A DNA stretch of 64,000 nucleotides, taken from assembly GCA_029883975.1 (NCBI GenBank), contig JAOUIL010000006.1, positions 10,622-74,621 on the forward strand, written 5' to 3'. The notes under the pieces were generated by a model. That model was not told where the DNA came from, searched no databases, and was given only the letters and a program-made list of their open reading frames with translations. Made by a program: the position numbers and the translations under genes. This document shows, in pieces, positions 17,953 to 33,030 of the stretch. Numbering within the stretch: the first letter of the stretch is position 1; every line of letters begins with the position of its first letter. Source of the DNA: Betaproteobacteria bacterium. GTDB taxonomy: Bacteria; Pseudomonadota; Gammaproteobacteria; Burkholderiales; SG8-39.

Positions 17953-19914
17953 ATGCAGCCGATGTGGCAGCCAAGCGAAGCGTCGATCGAGCAGGCGCAG
18001 CTTACGCAGTTCGCGCGCCAGATCGTGCGCAAGCACCGGCTCGATCTCAATACGTACGCGGATTTCTACCGCTGGACGGTCGAAAACCCGGAAGCGTTCT
18101 GGAACGAAGTCTGGGAGTGGTGCGGCGTGCGCGCCGCGCGCAAGGGCGGCACCGTTCTGGTGGACGGCGACAAGATGCCCGGCGCCCGCTGGTTTCCGGA
18201 GGCGCGGCTCAACCTCGCCGAGAACCTGCTACGCCGGGGCGACCGCGGCGACGCGCTGGTGTTCTGGGACGAGCGCGGCCCGCAGCGGCGCGTCAGCTAC
18301 TCGGATCTGACCAGCGACGTGTCGCGCGCCGCGCAGGCGCTGGCCGCGCTCGGCCTGCGCGCCGGCGACCGGGCGGCGGCTTTCATGCCCAACCTGCCGG
18401 AAACGATGATGCTCGCGCTGGCGGCGCTTTCCCAGGGCATCGTGTGGTCCTCGTGCTCGCCGGACTTCGGCGTCGACGGCGTGCTCGAGCGCTTCGGGCA
18501 GATCGAGCCCAAGGTGCTGTTCGTCGCCGACGGGTATCTGTATAACGGCAAGCGCCACGACGTGCTGGAGCGCGTGCGCGAGATCGCCGAGCGCCTGCCG
18601 AGCCTGCGCAAGGTGGTGGTCGTGCCGTATCTGGACGCCCGCCCGGACGTCGCCGATCTCCCCAAGGCGGTGCTGCTGGACGAGTGGCTGCGCCGCCACA
18701 CGCCCGGCGACATCGCCTGGGTGCAGCTGCCGTTCGACCACCCCGCGTACATCCTGTTCACGTCGGGCACCACCGGCAAACCCAAGTGCATCGTGCATGG
18801 CGCGGGCGGCACCCTGCTCGCGGCACTCAAGATGTACAAGCTGCACTTCGACGTACGGCCCGGCGACCACTTCTTCTACTACACCACCTGCAACTGGGTG
18901 ATGTGGAACCTGCTGTTTCACGCGCTCGCGGCGGAGGCGACCGTGATGCTGTACGACGGCTCGCCCTTCGCGCGCGAGGCGGACATCCTGTTCGAATACG
19001 CCCAGCGCGAGCGCTTCAGCCACTTCGGCACCTCGGCCAAGTTCATCGATGCCATCGCCAAGCGCGGCCTGAGGCCGCGCGAGCGCCACCCGCTGCCCGG
19101 GCTGCGCATGATCGTGTCGACCGGCTCGCCGCTCGTGCCCGAGAGCTACGACTACGTGTACCGGGAAGTGAAGGCCGACGTGTGCCTGTCCTCCATTTCC
19201 GGGGGCACCGACATCATGGCCGCGTTCGCCGACGCCAACGCCATCCTGCCCGTGCACCGCGGCGAGCTGCAGTGCCGCTCGCTCGGGCTCGCCGTGGAGG
19301 TGTTCGACGAGGACGGCAACCCCGTGGTCGGGCAGAAGGGCGAGCTGGTGTGCACCCGCCCTTTTCCCTCCATGCCGCTTGGCTTCTGGAACGACCGCGG
19401 CGGCGAGCGGTACCACGCCGCCTACTTCGCCAAGTACCCGAACGTCTGGTGCCATGGCGACTGGTGCGAGCTCACCGAGCGCGGCACGATGATCGTCTAC
19501 GGGCGCTCGGACGCCACGCTCAACCCGGGAGGCGTGCGGATCGGCACCGCGGAGATCTACGGCCAGGTGGAAAAGATCCCGCAGGTCGAGGAGTCGGTGG
19601 CCATCGGGCAGCTCTGGCCGCCCGACAAGCCCGTCGACACGCGCGTGGTGCTGTTCGTCAAGCTGCGCGAGGGCCTGCGCCTGGATGCGGCGCTCGAGGA
19701 GAGGATCCGCCGCCAGATCGGCGAGCACACCTCCAAGCGCCACGTGCCGGCGAAGATCGTGCAGGTGCCCGACATCCCGCGCACCAAGAACAACAAGGTG
19801 GTGGAGCTGGCGGTGAAGGCCGTGGTGCACGGCATGCCCGTGGCCAATACCGACGCGCTCGCCAACCCCGAAGCACTCGAGCTCTTCCGCGACCTGCCGG
19901 AGCTGCAGACATGA
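17953..19914 (+). CDS. Acetoacetyl-CoA synthetase (acetoacetate-CoA ligase)
   Basis: 653-aa ORF. The N-terminus [32 protein letters not shown] is typical of this enzyme, and it has the AMP-binding motif [10 protein letters not shown]. Confidence 0.88.
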   Translation: MQPMWQPSEASIEQAQLTQFARQIVRKHRLDLNTYADFYRWTVENPEAFWNEVWEWCGVRAARKGGTVLVDGDKMPGARWFPEARLNLAENLLRRGDRGDALVFWDERGPQRRVSYSDLTSDVSRAAQALAALGLRAGDRAAAFMPNLPETMMLALAALSQGIVWSSCSPDFGVDGVLERFGQIEPKVLFVADGYLYNGKRHDVLERVREIAERLPSLRKVVVVPYLDARPDVADLPKAVLLDEWLRRHTPGDIAWVQLPFDHPAYILFTSGTTGKPKCIVHGAGGTLLAALKMYKLHFDVRPGDHFFYYTTCNWVMWNLLFHALAAEATVMLYDGSPFAREADILFEYAQRERFSHFGTSAKFIDAIAKRGLRPRERHPLPGLRMIVSTGSPLVPESYDYVYREVKADVCLSSISGGTDIMAAFADANAILPVHRGELQCRSLGLAVEVFDEDGNPVVGQKGELVCTRPFPSMPLGFWNDRGGERYHAAYFAKYPNVWCHGDWCELTERGTMIVYGRSDATLNPGGVRIGTAEIYGQVEKIPQVEESVAIGQLWPPDKPVDTRVVLFVKLREGLRLDAALEERIRRQIGEHTSKRHVPAKIVQVPDIPRTKNNKVVELAVKAVVHGMPVANTDALANPEALELFRDLPELQT

Positions 19915-20582
19915 TCATCGTCCACCACCTGAACAACTCGCGCTCGCAGCGCGTGCTGTGGCTCCTCGAGGAACTCGGCGTCCCCTACGAGGTCAAGCGC
20001 TACCAGCGCGACGCGAAAACGATGCTGGCGCCGCCCGAGCTGCGCGCGGTGCACCCCTTGGGCAAGTCGCCGGTGATCGAGGACGACGGACAGGTCCTCG
20101 CCGAATCCGGCGCGATCATCGAGTACTTGGGCGAGCGCCACGGCGAGGGGCGGCTCGTGCCGGCCGCCGGCACGCCGGAGCGGCTGCGCTACCGCTACTG
20201 GATGCATTTCGCGGAGGGCACCGCCCAGCCGCCGTTGCTCCTCAAGCTCCTCTTCGACCGCGTGGAGAAGGGCCCCATGCCCTTCTTCGTGCGGCCCGTG
20301 GCCCGCGCCATCGCGCAGCGCGTGAAAGCCGCGTACATCCAGCCCAACATCGAGCGCAACCTCGATTTCATGGAAAGCGAGCTGCAGGGTCGCGACTGGT
20401 TCGCGGGCGACGCGTTCAGCGCTGCCGACATCCAGATGAGTTTTCCGCTCGAGGCGGCGCGTGCGCGCGGCGGCCTGGACGAGAGGCGATCGCGGCTGAT
20501 GGGCTTCCTGGCGCGCATCCACGCGCGCCCGGCCTACCTGCGCGCCATCGAGCGCGGCGGCGCCTACGCGCTGATGCGCTGA
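19911..20582 (+). CDS. Glutathione S-transferase
   Basis: Starts at [28 protein letters not shown], with the ATG overlapping the upstream stop (ATGA). It has the [17 protein letters not shown] motif. Confidence 0.85.
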   Translation: MIIVHHLNNSRSQRVLWLLEELGVPYEVKRYQRDAKTMLAPPELRAVHPLGKSPVIEDDGQVLAESGAIIEYLGERHGEGRLVPAAGTPERLRYRYWMHFAEGTAQPPLLLKLLFDRVEKGPMPFFVRPVARAIAQRVKAAYIQPNIERNLDFMESELQGRDWFAGDAFSAADIQMSFPLEAARARGGLDERRSRLMGFLARIHARPAYLRAIERGGAYALMR

Positions 20583-21551
20583 TCAGGCGTCGGCGGCGAC
20601 TTCCTTGCGCAGGCGCACGGCGCGCGCGAACTCCAGCACCTCGCGGGCGAGCTTCAGGCGATCCTCGGCGCTGCGCATGTAGGTCGGCACCGCGAGCACC
20701 TGGAAGCCGGTGGCGAGGATGCCCTCGGCCAGCCCCTCGTCCGCGCCGTCGATGACGATGCCGTCGATCAGCCCGCGGTACTCCATCGCGACGGCGCGCG
20801 CGGACACCTCGCGCCCGAGCTCGCGCATCATCTTCGCCGCCGAACCCTGCAGCGCGCGGCCGCCGATGATCGGGCTGACCGCGATCACCGGGGCGCCGCC
20901 CTTGCGCAGGGCTTCGCGCATGCCGGGCACCGCGAGGATCGGATGCATGGTGTGGTACGGGTTGCTGGGGCACAGCACCACCGCCTCGAGGTCCCGCGCG
21001 TGCAGGGCCTCGAGCACCTCGTCCGAGAGCCGGGCCTGGTCCGCCCCGCCGTACTGGAAACCGCGCACTTCGGGCTCGCATTTCAGGTCGACGAAGTAGT
21101 CCTGAAAGCTCAGCGCGCCCGCATCCGTGTGCAGCACGGTGCGCACCGGGTCGTTGCACATCGGCAGCACGCGCGCCTCGATGCCCAGCCGCTGGCACAG
21201 CTCGAGCGTGACCGCGGTGGGCGTGCGCCCGGCGCGCAGCGCCTCGGCGCGCAGCAGCTGCAGCGCGAGCGCGCGATCGCCGAGCGGGATCTGCTGCGGG
21301 CCGCGCAGGCGCATGAGCATGGCGTGCACGGCGAAGGTTTCCCCGGCCGGCTCCCAGCCCTTGGCCGGATCGGCGATCCCGGCGAGCGCATAGAGCGCCG
21401 TGTCGACATCCGGCGAGACCTGCAGGCCGAGGTAGTCGAAATCGTCGCCCGTGTTGACGACGTAGGCGAGGTTGCGGCCGCGCAGGCGCTGCAAGCCCTC
21501 GGCGAGCTTCGACCCGCCGACCTGCCCCCCCAGTGCGACGACCGTTCCCAT
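20583..21551 (-). CDS. CofD-family 2-phospho-L-lactate transferase homologue (orphan)
   Basis: 322-aa ORF. From memory it is colinear with archaeal CofD: GG.GGSKL, VVNTGDD, SPDVDT.LY, LGDRD, LPM.DDPV.T, F.Q.YFV, PSNP, SPIIGG. Confidence 0.8.
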   Translation of the reverse strand: MGTVVALGGQVGGSKLAEGLQRLRGRNLAYVVNTGDDFDYLGLQVSPDVDTALYALAGIADPAKGWEPAGETFAVHAMLMRLRGPQQIPLGDRALALQLLRAEALRAGRTPTAVTLELCQRLGIEARVLPMCNDPVRTVLHTDAGALSFQDYFVDLKCEPEVRGFQYGGADQARLSDEVLEALHARDLEAVVLCPSNPYHTMHPILAVPGMREALRKGGAPVIAVSPIIGGRALQGSAAKMMRELGREVSARAVAMEYRGLIDGIVIDGADEGLAEGILATGFQVLAVPTYMRSAEDRLKLAREVLEFARAVRLRKEVAADA

Positions 21552-22217
21552 TCAGTGCAGCGTGGCGCGCCGACCCTCGTAGATGCCTTGCAGCAGCCGC
21601 AGCGAGCCGAGGCAAATGGCGCTGTGGGTGAGGGCGTGCCCGAGGTCCTCGACGATGTCGAGCGTCACGGGCACGTGCAGCGCCGCCAGCGTGCGCGCCG
21701 CGCGCTCGGCGTGCACCCGCGACACCACCGCGTCGTGCTCGCCGTGCACCAGGTGCACGCGCGCGCCGATGCGCGCGCCGTTCTCCGGCAGGCGCGCGAA
21801 GCGCGACGAGTAGGCGACCACCGCGCCGGCCAGGCCAGGCACCTGCTTGACGGTTTCCAGCGCCACGGTGCCGCCCTGCGAGAAGCCGATCAGCACCGTG
21901 CGCTCCGTGGGCACGCCGCAGTTGGTCTGCTCGCGGCGCACCAGCGCCTCGACGCGCGGCAGGATCGCGGACACGCGCTGCACGCGGTTCTCGTCGGTCA
22001 GCCCGCGGCTCGAGTACCACTGCTGCGCTTCGCGGTCCACCTCCGAGGCGGCGAAGCCGCTCGGCACCACCAGCGCCGCGCTCGGAAAGCGCGCCTGGAA
22101 GCGAAAGGCGATGGGGATCATGGACTTCGACGTCGCGCCGCTGCCGTGCAGGAACACGAACAGGTGCTGGGCGCGATGCTCCGGGGTGGGCCCGAAGCGG
22201 AAGATCTTGCCGGGCAT
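21552..22217 (-). CDS. Phospholipase/carboxylesterase-family alpha/beta hydrolase
   Basis: 221 aa starting at MPGKIFRFGP. It has FLHGSGAT, GFSQGG (GxSxG) and HGEHD. Its stop codon directly abuts the CofD-like start codon, with a 0-nt gap. Confidence 0.8.
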   Translation of the reverse strand: MPGKIFRFGPTPEHRAQHLFVFLHGSGATSKSMIPIAFRFQARFPSAALVVPSGFAASEVDREAQQWYSSRGLTDENRVQRVSAILPRVEALVRREQTNCGVPTERTVLIGFSQGGTVALETVKQVPGLAGAVVAYSSRFARLPENGARIGARVHLVHGEHDAVVSRVHAERAARTLAALHVPVTLDIVEDLGHALTHSAICLGSLRLLQGIYEGRRATLH

Positions 22218-22273
22218 GCGGGATCGGGGTGCGAAGCCATTCTCGCCCCATTCCGCGCCGCCTGTAAACCACC

Positions 22274-22756
22274 TCAGCCGAGGATCAGGCAGGTGCTGGA
22301 GCCGTGGGCGTAGAGCTTGCCGGCCCCGTCTTCGAGGCGAGCTTCGGCGGTGGCGGTGCGGCTGCCGAAATGCACGACCTTGGCACGCGCGCGCAGCAGG
22401 CCCGTCTGCTGCGTAATGGGCCGCACCAGGTTCGCCTTCAGCTCGAGCGTGGTGTAGCCCTTGCCCGCCGGGCAGAGCGTCTGCACCGCGCATCCCATCG
22501 CCGAGTCGAGCATCGTGAAGGCGACCCCGCCGTGCACCGCGCCGATCGGGTTGTAGTGCTGCTCGCCGGGAGAAAGCTCGAACGCTGCTTCGCCCTCCGC
22601 GACGTGCGCGAGGCGCATGCCGAGCAGGCGCGCGAACGGCGGATCGGGCAGCCGCCCGTCGCGGATCGCGCGCAGGTGCTCGATGGGCAGCAGCTTGCGT
22701 CCTTCCTCGAGCGCCGGCGCAGGGTCGTTCCAGGTGACCACGAGCTCGCGCGGCAT
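22274..22756 (-). CDS. PaaI-family hot-dog thioesterase
   Basis: 160-aa ORF with NPIGAVHGGVAFTMLDSAMG, the hallmark of PaaI/YbdB-type thioesterases. Confidence 0.85.
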   Translation of the reverse strand: MPRELVVTWNDPAPALEEGRKLLPIEHLRAIRDGRLPDPPFARLLGMRLAHVAEGEAAFELSPGEQHYNPIGAVHGGVAFTMLDSAMGCAVQTLCPAGKGYTTLELKANLVRPITQQTGLLRARAKVVHFGSRTATAEARLEDGAGKLYAHGSSTCLILG

Positions 22757-22757
22757 G

Positions 22758-23693
22758 TCAGTAGAGCGGCGCCGGGTAGGGAAGCTCGGGGTGCGCGGGC
22801 ACAGCCACCTTCGCGCGCCCGGCGATGAAATCCGCCGCCGCGCGCGCCACGCCCTCGTCCTGCAGGATGCGTCCGTGCCCGAGGCCCTGCGTGGACAGCA
22901 GGCGCGCGCCGCGCCACTGCCGCGCCACGGCCGCGCCCTGGCGCCAGGGGATCACGCCGTCCTGCCGGTCGTGGATCACCAGCGCCTCGGCGTCCACGTG
23001 CGGCGCGACGCGCGCGAGCTCGAGGTCCGCCCAGCGCACGCCGAAGCGTTCCTCGATCGCCGCCTGCATGCGGCGCCGCACGCGCTCGGGGATCGCGAAC
23101 CAGCGCGCGAAGCGGCGTGAGTAGCCGACGAGGTCCGACGGCGGGCTGACGAGCACGGCGCGCTCGAGCCGCAGGCCGCGCGCCATGGCGACGGCCGCCG
23201 CCGGCCCGCCGAGGGAGTGCGTGATTACCGCGCGTACGCCGCCGTGATGACGCGCCACGGCGTCCAGCACATCGGCAAAGTCGGGCAGCCCGGTGAGGCG
23301 GCCGTCGGAAAGCCCGTGCGCCGGCTGGTCGTAGGCGATCACGCGGTAGCCCGCGGCGAGCAGCGGCGCGACGAAGCGCCGCATCTGCGTCGCGCGGCCG
23401 CCCCAGCCGTGCGCGAGCAGCACCGCCGGCGCGTCCTTCGCGCCCCAATGCCACATGGCGATGTGCCGGCCGCGGTGCTGCAGGTAGGACTGCCGCGCGT
23501 CCAGCAGGTCGAAGACCTCCGCGCTCGGATAAAGCGGCTGCGGCGGCGTGAGGAACAGCCGCTCGGCCCACAGGCCGGCCAATCCCGGCGCGAGCAGCGA
23601 CGAGGTGCGCAGAGCCAGGCGCCGCGTGAGCGTTTCAAACATGAAGCGAACGGTCGTGCTATTTTTTCCTGGCAGCGAGAGCGTCTGGGGCAT
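22758..23693 (-). CDS. Alpha/beta hydrolase
   Basis: 311-aa ORF with LLAHGWGG, the nucleophile elbow THSLGG and a C-terminal GLGHGRIL. Confidence 0.8.
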   Translation of the reverse strand: MPQTLSLPGKNSTTVRFMFETLTRRLALRTSSLLAPGLAGLWAERLFLTPPQPLYPSAEVFDLLDARQSYLQHRGRHIAMWHWGAKDAPAVLLAHGWGGRATQMRRFVAPLLAAGYRVIAYDQPAHGLSDGRLTGLPDFADVLDAVARHHGGVRAVITHSLGGPAAAVAMARGLRLERAVLVSPPSDLVGYSRRFARWFAIPERVRRRMQAAIEERFGVRWADLELARVAPHVDAEALVIHDRQDGVIPWRQGAAVARQWRGARLLSTQGLGHGRILQDEGVARAAADFIAGRAKVAVPAHPELPYPAPLY

Positions 23694-23711
23694 GGCAAGG
23701 CTCCTTTCCGG

Positions 23712-24344
23712 TTAGCGGGCGGCCGCGCGCAGGCGCGGCTGCGCCGGGGCGGCATAGCGGGCGATCAGCGCGTCGAACGCGGTCAGCGCGCGCCTGCGCG
23801 CCTCCCTGTCGCCGAGCAGCCGCACGTGGTTGTGGCTGGCGAGCACGATCCCGAGCAGCTCGAAGGCAATCTGCTCGGGATCGGTGTCCTTCCTGAGGTG
23901 ACCTTCCTCGATCGCGAGGCGCACCGCGCGCTCGGTCACACCGATGCCGCGGCGCTGCATCTGGACGGCCGCGTCGCGGATCGGGCCAGGCCGGTCGTCG
24001 TACTCATGGGCCGTGGAAACCATGATGCAGCCGCCCGGGACCTCGGTCTGCAGCGTCCAGTCGAGCCAATGCTCGAACAGCGCGCGCAGGCGCGGCAGGC
24101 CGCGATCGATCTTCAGCGCGGGCATCAGCACGCGCTCGCCGTACTGCCGGGCGCCGAGCTCGAGCACCGCGAGCTGCAGCTCCTCGCGCGAGCCGAAATG
24201 CGCGAACAGCCCCGACTTCGACATGCCGGTGGCGTCCGCGAGCGTGCCGATCGTCAGGCCCTCGAGCCCCAAGCGCCGCGCGATGCGCAGGGCTTCGTCG
24301 AGGATCGCCTGACGTGTCTGCTCGCCCTTGGTCGATTTCTCCAT
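23712..24344 (-). CDS. TetR/AcrR-family transcriptional regulator
   Basis: 210 aa starting at MEKSTKGEQTRQAILDEAL, with the HTH TIGTLADATGMSKSGLFAHF. Confidence 0.88.
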   Translation of the reverse strand: MEKSTKGEQTRQAILDEALRIARRLGLEGLTIGTLADATGMSKSGLFAHFGSREELQLAVLELGARQYGERVLMPALKIDRGLPRLRALFEHWLDWTLQTEVPGGCIMVSTAHEYDDRPGPIRDAAVQMQRRGIGVTERAVRLAIEEGHLRKDTDPEQIAFELLGIVLASHNHVRLLGDREARRRALTAFDALIARYAAPAQPRLRAAAR

Positions 24345-24358
24345 GACGCGAAAATAGT

Positions 24359-24366
24359 ACGATCGT
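24359..24366. promoter_or_regulatory. 8-bp perfect palindrome ACGATCGT just upstream of the TetR start (weak operator candidate)
   Basis: Seen in the 31-nt gap between the uvrA stop and the tetR start. Confidence 0.15.
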
Positions 24367-24375
24367 TCGTTCCTG

Positions 24376-27240
<2,865 letters not shown>

Positions 27241-27316
27241 GTCGCCGGAGAGTGTGGGCAAACTTGCTACTATAGCGAGTCCTGCATCCACGCTTCCAGC
27301 TTTACATCTCCTGGTC

Positions 27317-28537
27317 ATGGAATTCGCGCGCATGAGCGCCGAGGAGCTTCGCGCCGGGGCGTCGCTCGCCGGCATCTTCGGCCTGCGCATGCTCGGCCTG
27401 TTCCTCATCCTGCCGGTGTTCGCCGTGCACGCGCCGCAGCTCGCGGGCGGCCACAACCTGGTGCTGGTCGGGATCGCGCTCGGCGCCTACGGCCTGGTGC
27501 AGGCCATCCTGCAGATTCCGTTCGGCATGGCGTCGGACCGCTGGGGACGCAAGCCCGTGATCGTCGCCGGCCTGCTGGTGTTCGCTGCGGGCAGCTTTCT
27601 CGCCGCGGCGGCACAGGACATCTGGATGGCGATCGCCGGCCGCGGGCTGCAGGGCGCGGGCGCGATCTCCGCCGTGGTGATGGCGCTCGCGGCCGACCTG
27701 ACGCGCGAGCAGCACCGCGTCAAGGTGATGGCCATGGTCGGCGCGTCGATCGGCCTGTCCTTCGCGCTGTCGCTGGTCGCGGCGCCTGCGCTGTATCACC
27801 TGGTCGGCATGGGCGGGCTGTTCGTGCTCACCGGCCTGCTCGCACTGGCCGCCATCGTCGTGGTGGTGAAAATGGTCCCGCCGGCGCCGCCGCGGCCGGC
27901 GGCGCCCGCCGACGCGCCCGGCGCACTGCGCCTATCGCTACTCGATCCGCAGCTCGTGCGGCTCAACGCCGGGATCTTCGTGCTGCACTCCGTGCAGATG
28001 GCGATGTTCGTGGTCGTGCCGCCGTTGCTGGTCGCCTCCGGCCTGCCGATCGCTTCGCACTGGAAGGTGTACCTGCCGGTGGTGCTGGCATCCTTCGCGC
28101 TCATGGCGCCGCCGATCTGGTATGCGGACCGGCGCAATGCGGGACGCGGGGTGATGCTGGGCGCGATTGCCCTGCTGGCGCTCGCCGAGGGCGGCTTCAG
28201 CCTGGCCGGGCCGCGCATCGGCCCGCTCGCCATGCTGCTGCTCGCCTTCTTCGCCGCGTTCAACGTGCTCGAGGCGCTGATCCCCTCGCTCGTGTCGCGC
28301 ATCGCCCCGGCGCACGCGCGCGGCACGGCCATCGGCGTGTACAACACGACGCAGACGCTGGGGCTGTTCTGCGGCGGCCTCGCCGGGGGCTGGATCGCGG
28401 AGCATTTCGGCCCGGCGGCGGTGTTCGGCACCTGCACCGCGCTGGCGCTGGCCTGGATCGCTCTGGCCGCCGGCATGCGCCCGGTCAACCGATTGGCCGC
28501 CGAGTCGTTTACGATGAGTACGGTCAAAGGGAGGTAG
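27317..28537 (+). CDS. MFS transporter
   Basis: Starts at [14 protein letters not shown] (an alternative ATG is at 27332). It has about 12 hydrophobic segments and the MFS loop motif [11 protein letters not shown]. Confidence 0.85.
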   Translation: MEFARMSAEELRAGASLAGIFGLRMLGLFLILPVFAVHAPQLAGGHNLVLVGIALGAYGLVQAILQIPFGMASDRWGRKPVIVAGLLVFAAGSFLAAAAQDIWMAIAGRGLQGAGAISAVVMALAADLTREQHRVKVMAMVGASIGLSFALSLVAAPALYHLVGMGGLFVLTGLLALAAIVVVVKMVPPAPPRPAAPADAPGALRLSLLDPQLVRLNAGIFVLHSVQMAMFVVVPPLLVASGLPIASHWKVYLPVVLASFALMAPPIWYADRRNAGRGVMLGAIALLALAEGGFSLAGPRIGPLAMLLLAFFAAFNVLEALIPSLVSRIAPAHARGTAIGVYNTTQTLGLFCGGLAGGWIAEHFGPAAVFGTCTALALAWIALAAGMRPVNRLAAESFTMSTVKGR

Positions 28538-28539
28538 AC

Positions 28540-29007
28540 ATGGCGTCAGTCAACAAGGTGATCGTAGTGGGCAACCTGGGCGCGGACCCGGAAACACGGT
28601 ACCTGCCGAGCGGCGAGGCGGTGACCAACATCCGCGTCGCCACCACCGACCGCTGGAAGGACAAGGCGAGCGGCGAGATGAAGGAGGCGACCGAATGGCA
28701 CCGGATCGCCTTCTTCGGCCGCCTGGCGGAGATCGCGGGCGAGTACCTGAAGAAGGGCTCGCAGGTCTACGTCGAGGGCAGCCTGCGCACCCGCAAGTGG
28801 CAGGACAAGGACGGCAACGACCGCTACAGCACCGAGATCCGCGGCGACGTCATGCAGATGCTCGGCTCGCGCTCCGGCTCGGGCGAGCCGCGTGGCGCCG
28901 CGGCCTCGGGCGAGCCTGCCGAGCCGCGCAGCGAGGCGCCCGCACGGCCCGCCGCGAAAAAACCGGCCGGAAAGTTCGACGACATGGCGGACGATATTCC
29001 GTTCTAG
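28540..29007 (+). CDS. ssb: Single-stranded DNA-binding protein
   Basis: 155 aa, [18 protein letters not shown]...TEWHRI..., with the acidic tip DDIPF. This is the only real part of the 1525-aa track ORF 24430..29007. Confidence 0.95.
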   Translation: MASVNKVIVVGNLGADPETRYLPSGEAVTNIRVATTDRWKDKASGEMKEATEWHRIAFFGRLAEIAGEYLKKGSQVYVEGSLRTRKWQDKDGNDRYSTEIRGDVMQMLGSRSGSGEPRGAAASGEPAEPRSEAPARPAAKKPAGKFDDMADDIPF

Positions 29008-29062
29008 CAGGGCGGATGGCGATATAATTCTCGCCGATTCAGGAACTTGCGAACGAACCGTC

Positions 29063-29386
29063 ATGCCCATCTACGAGTACCGCTGCGCCGAATGCGGGTT
29101 CCAGGAAGAGCACCTGCAGAAGGTCTCCGAACCGCCTCTGACGGTGTGCCCGTCCTGCGGCAAGGACGCCTTTCGCAAGCTGCTGAGCGCCGCCGGATTC
29201 CAGTTGAAGGGCAGCGGATGGTACGCCACCGATTTCAAGGGTTCAGGCAAGCCGGCGCCGGACAAGGGGGAAGCAAAGCCCGAGGCCAAGACCGAGACCA
29301 AGTCCGAAGCCAAGGGCGAGGCCAAGGCGGACTCGGCCAAGAGCGGGCCGGCGGCGCCACCAGCGGCGCCTGTGTCGGGCAATTGA
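29063..29386 (+). CDS. FmdB-family zinc-ribbon protein
   Basis: MPIYEYRCAECGF...CPSCG, followed by a Lys/Glu/Ala-rich tail. Confidence 0.85.
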   Translation: MPIYEYRCAECGFQEEHLQKVSEPPLTVCPSCGKDAFRKLLSAAGFQLKGSGWYATDFKGSGKPAPDKGEAKPEAKTETKSEAKGEAKADSAKSGPAAPPAAPVSGN

Positions 29387-29408
29387 TTCCCTAGCCGGGT
29401 TCGCCACC

Positions 29409-29432
29409 GGCCCGGCGCGAGCCGGGCTTTTT
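29409..29432 (+). terminator. Rho-independent terminator after the FmdB-family gene
   Basis: A GCCCGGC-GCGA-GCCGGGC hairpin (7-bp GC stem with a tetraloop) followed by TTTTT. Confidence 0.7.
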
Positions 29433-29448
29433 CGTTTACCGAGGTCGC

Positions 29449-30045
29449 GTGCGCAAATATCTCATCACCGGTCTGCTCATCTGGATCCCGCTGGTCATTA
29501 CGCTGTGGGTTCTGAAGCTGGTCGTCGACACGCTCGACCAGTCGCTGCTGCTGCTGCCGCCGGAGTGGCGCACGGAGAGCTTTCTCGGCTTCCACGTGCC
29601 GGGGCTGGGCGTGATCCTGACGCTGGTCATCGTCTTCGTCACCGGCGTGATCGGCACGAACTTCTTCGGCGCTCGGCTCGTGCACCTGTGGCACGAAATC
29701 CTGCACCGCATCCCGGTGGTCAGCTCGATCTACTCGAGCGTCAAGCAGATCTCGGACACCCTTTTCTCCTCGAGCGGCCAGGCCTTCCGCAAGGCGCTGC
29801 TCGTGCAGTGGCCGCGCGAAGGCGTGTGGACCATCGCCTTCCTCACCGGCGTGCCCGGCGGGGACGCCGTCCGCCACCTGGCGGGCGACTATGTCAGCGT
29901 GTACGTGCCGACCACGCCGAACCCGACCGGCGGCTACTTCGTCATGCTGCCGCGGCAGGACACCATCGAGCTCGACATGTCGGTGGATGACGCGCTGAAA
30001 TACATCATTTCCATGGGCGTGGTCGCGCCCGCGGCCGGGCGCTGA
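29449..30045 (+). CDS. DUF502-family membrane protein
   Basis: 198-aa ORF with a GTG start. It has two N-terminal TM helices and a TTPNPTGGY motif. Confidence 0.8.
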   Translation: MRKYLITGLLIWIPLVITLWVLKLVVDTLDQSLLLLPPEWRTESFLGFHVPGLGVILTLVIVFVTGVIGTNFFGARLVHLWHEILHRIPVVSSIYSSVKQISDTLFSSSGQAFRKALLVQWPREGVWTIAFLTGVPGGDAVRHLAGDYVSVYVPTTPNPTGGYFVMLPRQDTIELDMSVDDALKYIISMGVVAPAAGR

Positions 30046-30053
30046 GGCCGGCC

Positions 30054-31822
<1,769 letters not shown>

Positions 31823-31826
<4 letters not shown>

Positions 31827-32146
31827 GAGCGGTCCTGGCGCTCGCCCTCGCTTGCGCCTTCGGCGCATGGGCGGGGGAGATCGCGGTGCGCGATCTGCCG
31901 CCCGAAGCACGGCTGACGCTGGCGCGCATCGATGCCGGTGGGCCGTTTCCCTACGCGCGCGACGGCTCGACGTTCCGCAACCGCGAGCGGCTTTTGCCGT
32001 CCCGGCCGAGCGGCTACTATCGCGAGTACACGGTGCAGACGCCCGGCGCGCGGGATCGCGGTGCGCGGCGCATCGTCGCGGGCGAGGGCGGCGAGCGCTA
32101 CTTCACGGCGGATCACTACCGCAGCTTCGCGCGCATACGGGAATAG
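31823..32146 (+). CDS. Secreted guanyl-specific ribonuclease (RNase Sa / barnase-N1/T1 superfamily)
   Basis: 107 aa. The GTG start overlaps the aspS stop. It has a signal peptide [17 protein letters not shown], and the mature part matches RNase Sa closely from memory (LPPEA..TL..I..GGPFPY..DG..F.NRE..LP....GYY.EYTV.TPGA..RG.RRI......YFT.DHY.SF). Confidence 0.85.
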
Positions 32147-32149
32147 GAC

Positions 32150-32590
32150 ATGGGCAAGCTCACGCAGAGACTGAGCGACGCGACGCGTTCCGGCGTCTAC
32201 CGCTCGACGGGCACGGCGGAAATCGAGGATGCGGTGCGCGGCACGCGGCTGGATCTGGCGCATGTGGCGCTCGGCGGCGTCGAAGACAAGGACGGCCTGC
32301 TCGGCCGGCTGGCGCAGGCGCTCGGCTTTCCCGAGTGGTTCGGCGGCAACTGGGACGCGCTCGAGGATTGCCTGTGCGATCTCGCCTGGCGGCCCGGCGA
32401 CGGACACGTGGTCGTGCTGGACGGCGGCGATGCGCTGGGCGTGGACGACATGGGCGTGCTCGTGGACGTGCTGTCGTCCTGCGCCGCGTACTGGGCGGAG
32501 CGCGGCCGGCCGTTCTTCGCGGTGTTCGTCGATCCGCAGCATGCGCTCGCCCTGCCCGAGCTCTTCCGCGCCAAGGGCGCTGCCGCGTGA
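32150..32590 (+). CDS. Barstar-family ribonuclease inhibitor
   Basis: 146 aa, starting 3 nt after the RNase stop. It has the motif FPEWFGGNWDALEDCLCDL (barstar: YGENLDALWDCLTG). Confidence 0.8.
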   Translation: MGKLTQRLSDATRSGVYRSTGTAEIEDAVRGTRLDLAHVALGGVEDKDGLLGRLAQALGFPEWFGGNWDALEDCLCDLAWRPGDGHVVVLDGGDALGVDDMGVLVDVLSSCAAYWAERGRPFFAVFVDPQHALALPELFRAKGAAA

Positions 32591-33030
32591 AGCTGCCGGT
32601 GTCGGTGCTCGTGGTGATCCACACGCCGGCGCTCGAGGTGCTGCTGCTCGAGCGGGCCGCGCGTCCCGGATTCTGGCAGTCGGTGACCGGATCGCTCGAG
32701 TCGCTCGAGGAGCCGGCGCGCGCCGCCGCGCGGCGAGAGGTGCGCGAGGAAACGGGGATCGACGTCGGCCCCGAGGCGCTCCTCGATTGGAAGATCGCGC
32801 ACGCGTTCGAGATCTACGCGCACTGGCGCGGGCGCTTCCCCCCTGGGACGACGCACAACACGGAGCACGTCTTCAGCCTCGAGCTGCCCGCGCGGGCGCG
32901 GGTACGGCTCGCGCCGGACGAGCACCGCGCGCAGCGCTGGCTGCCGTGGCGCGCGGCCGCGCAGGCCTGCTTCTCCTGGTCCAATCGCGACGTCATCCGC
33001 ATGCTGCCGGGGAGGGGGGCGCCTTCATGA
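32587..33030 (+). CDS. nudB: NUDIX hydrolase, dihydroneopterin triphosphate diphosphatase-like
   Basis: GTG at 32587 (VKLPVSVLVVIH). It has FWQSVTGSLE, a Nudix box REVREETGI, then NTEHVF and SWSNR as in E. coli NudB. Confidence 0.8.
   Translation: MKLPVSVLVVIHTPALEVLLLERAARPGFWQSVTGSLESLEEPARAAARREVREETGIDVGPEALLDWKIAHAFEIYAHWRGRFPPGTTHNTEHVFSLELPARARVRLAPDEHRAQRWLPWRAAAQACFSWSNRDVIRMLPGRGAPS

Noticed and set aside
15009-18545. 1178-aa plus-strand ORF, with similar long antisense ORFs at 39634-42189, 51324-53144, 54926-56530, 45722-47038 and elsewhere
   Set aside because: They lie antisense to genes with unmistakable identities (the fused PABS protein, fusA/tuf, secY, rpoA and ribosomal proteins). 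Their composition is dominated by R, A, G and P, and I see no motifs. This is expected when a GC-rich third position removes stop codons on the opposite strand.
27241-27316. Possible LexA/SOS box in the uvrA / MFS-ssb divergent region
   Set aside because: The only CTG…CAG pair I found (CTGCATCCACGCTTCCAG) has a 12-nt spacing instead of the CTG-N10-CAG of the proteobacterial consensus, and it lacks the AT-rich core. I cannot support an SOS box.
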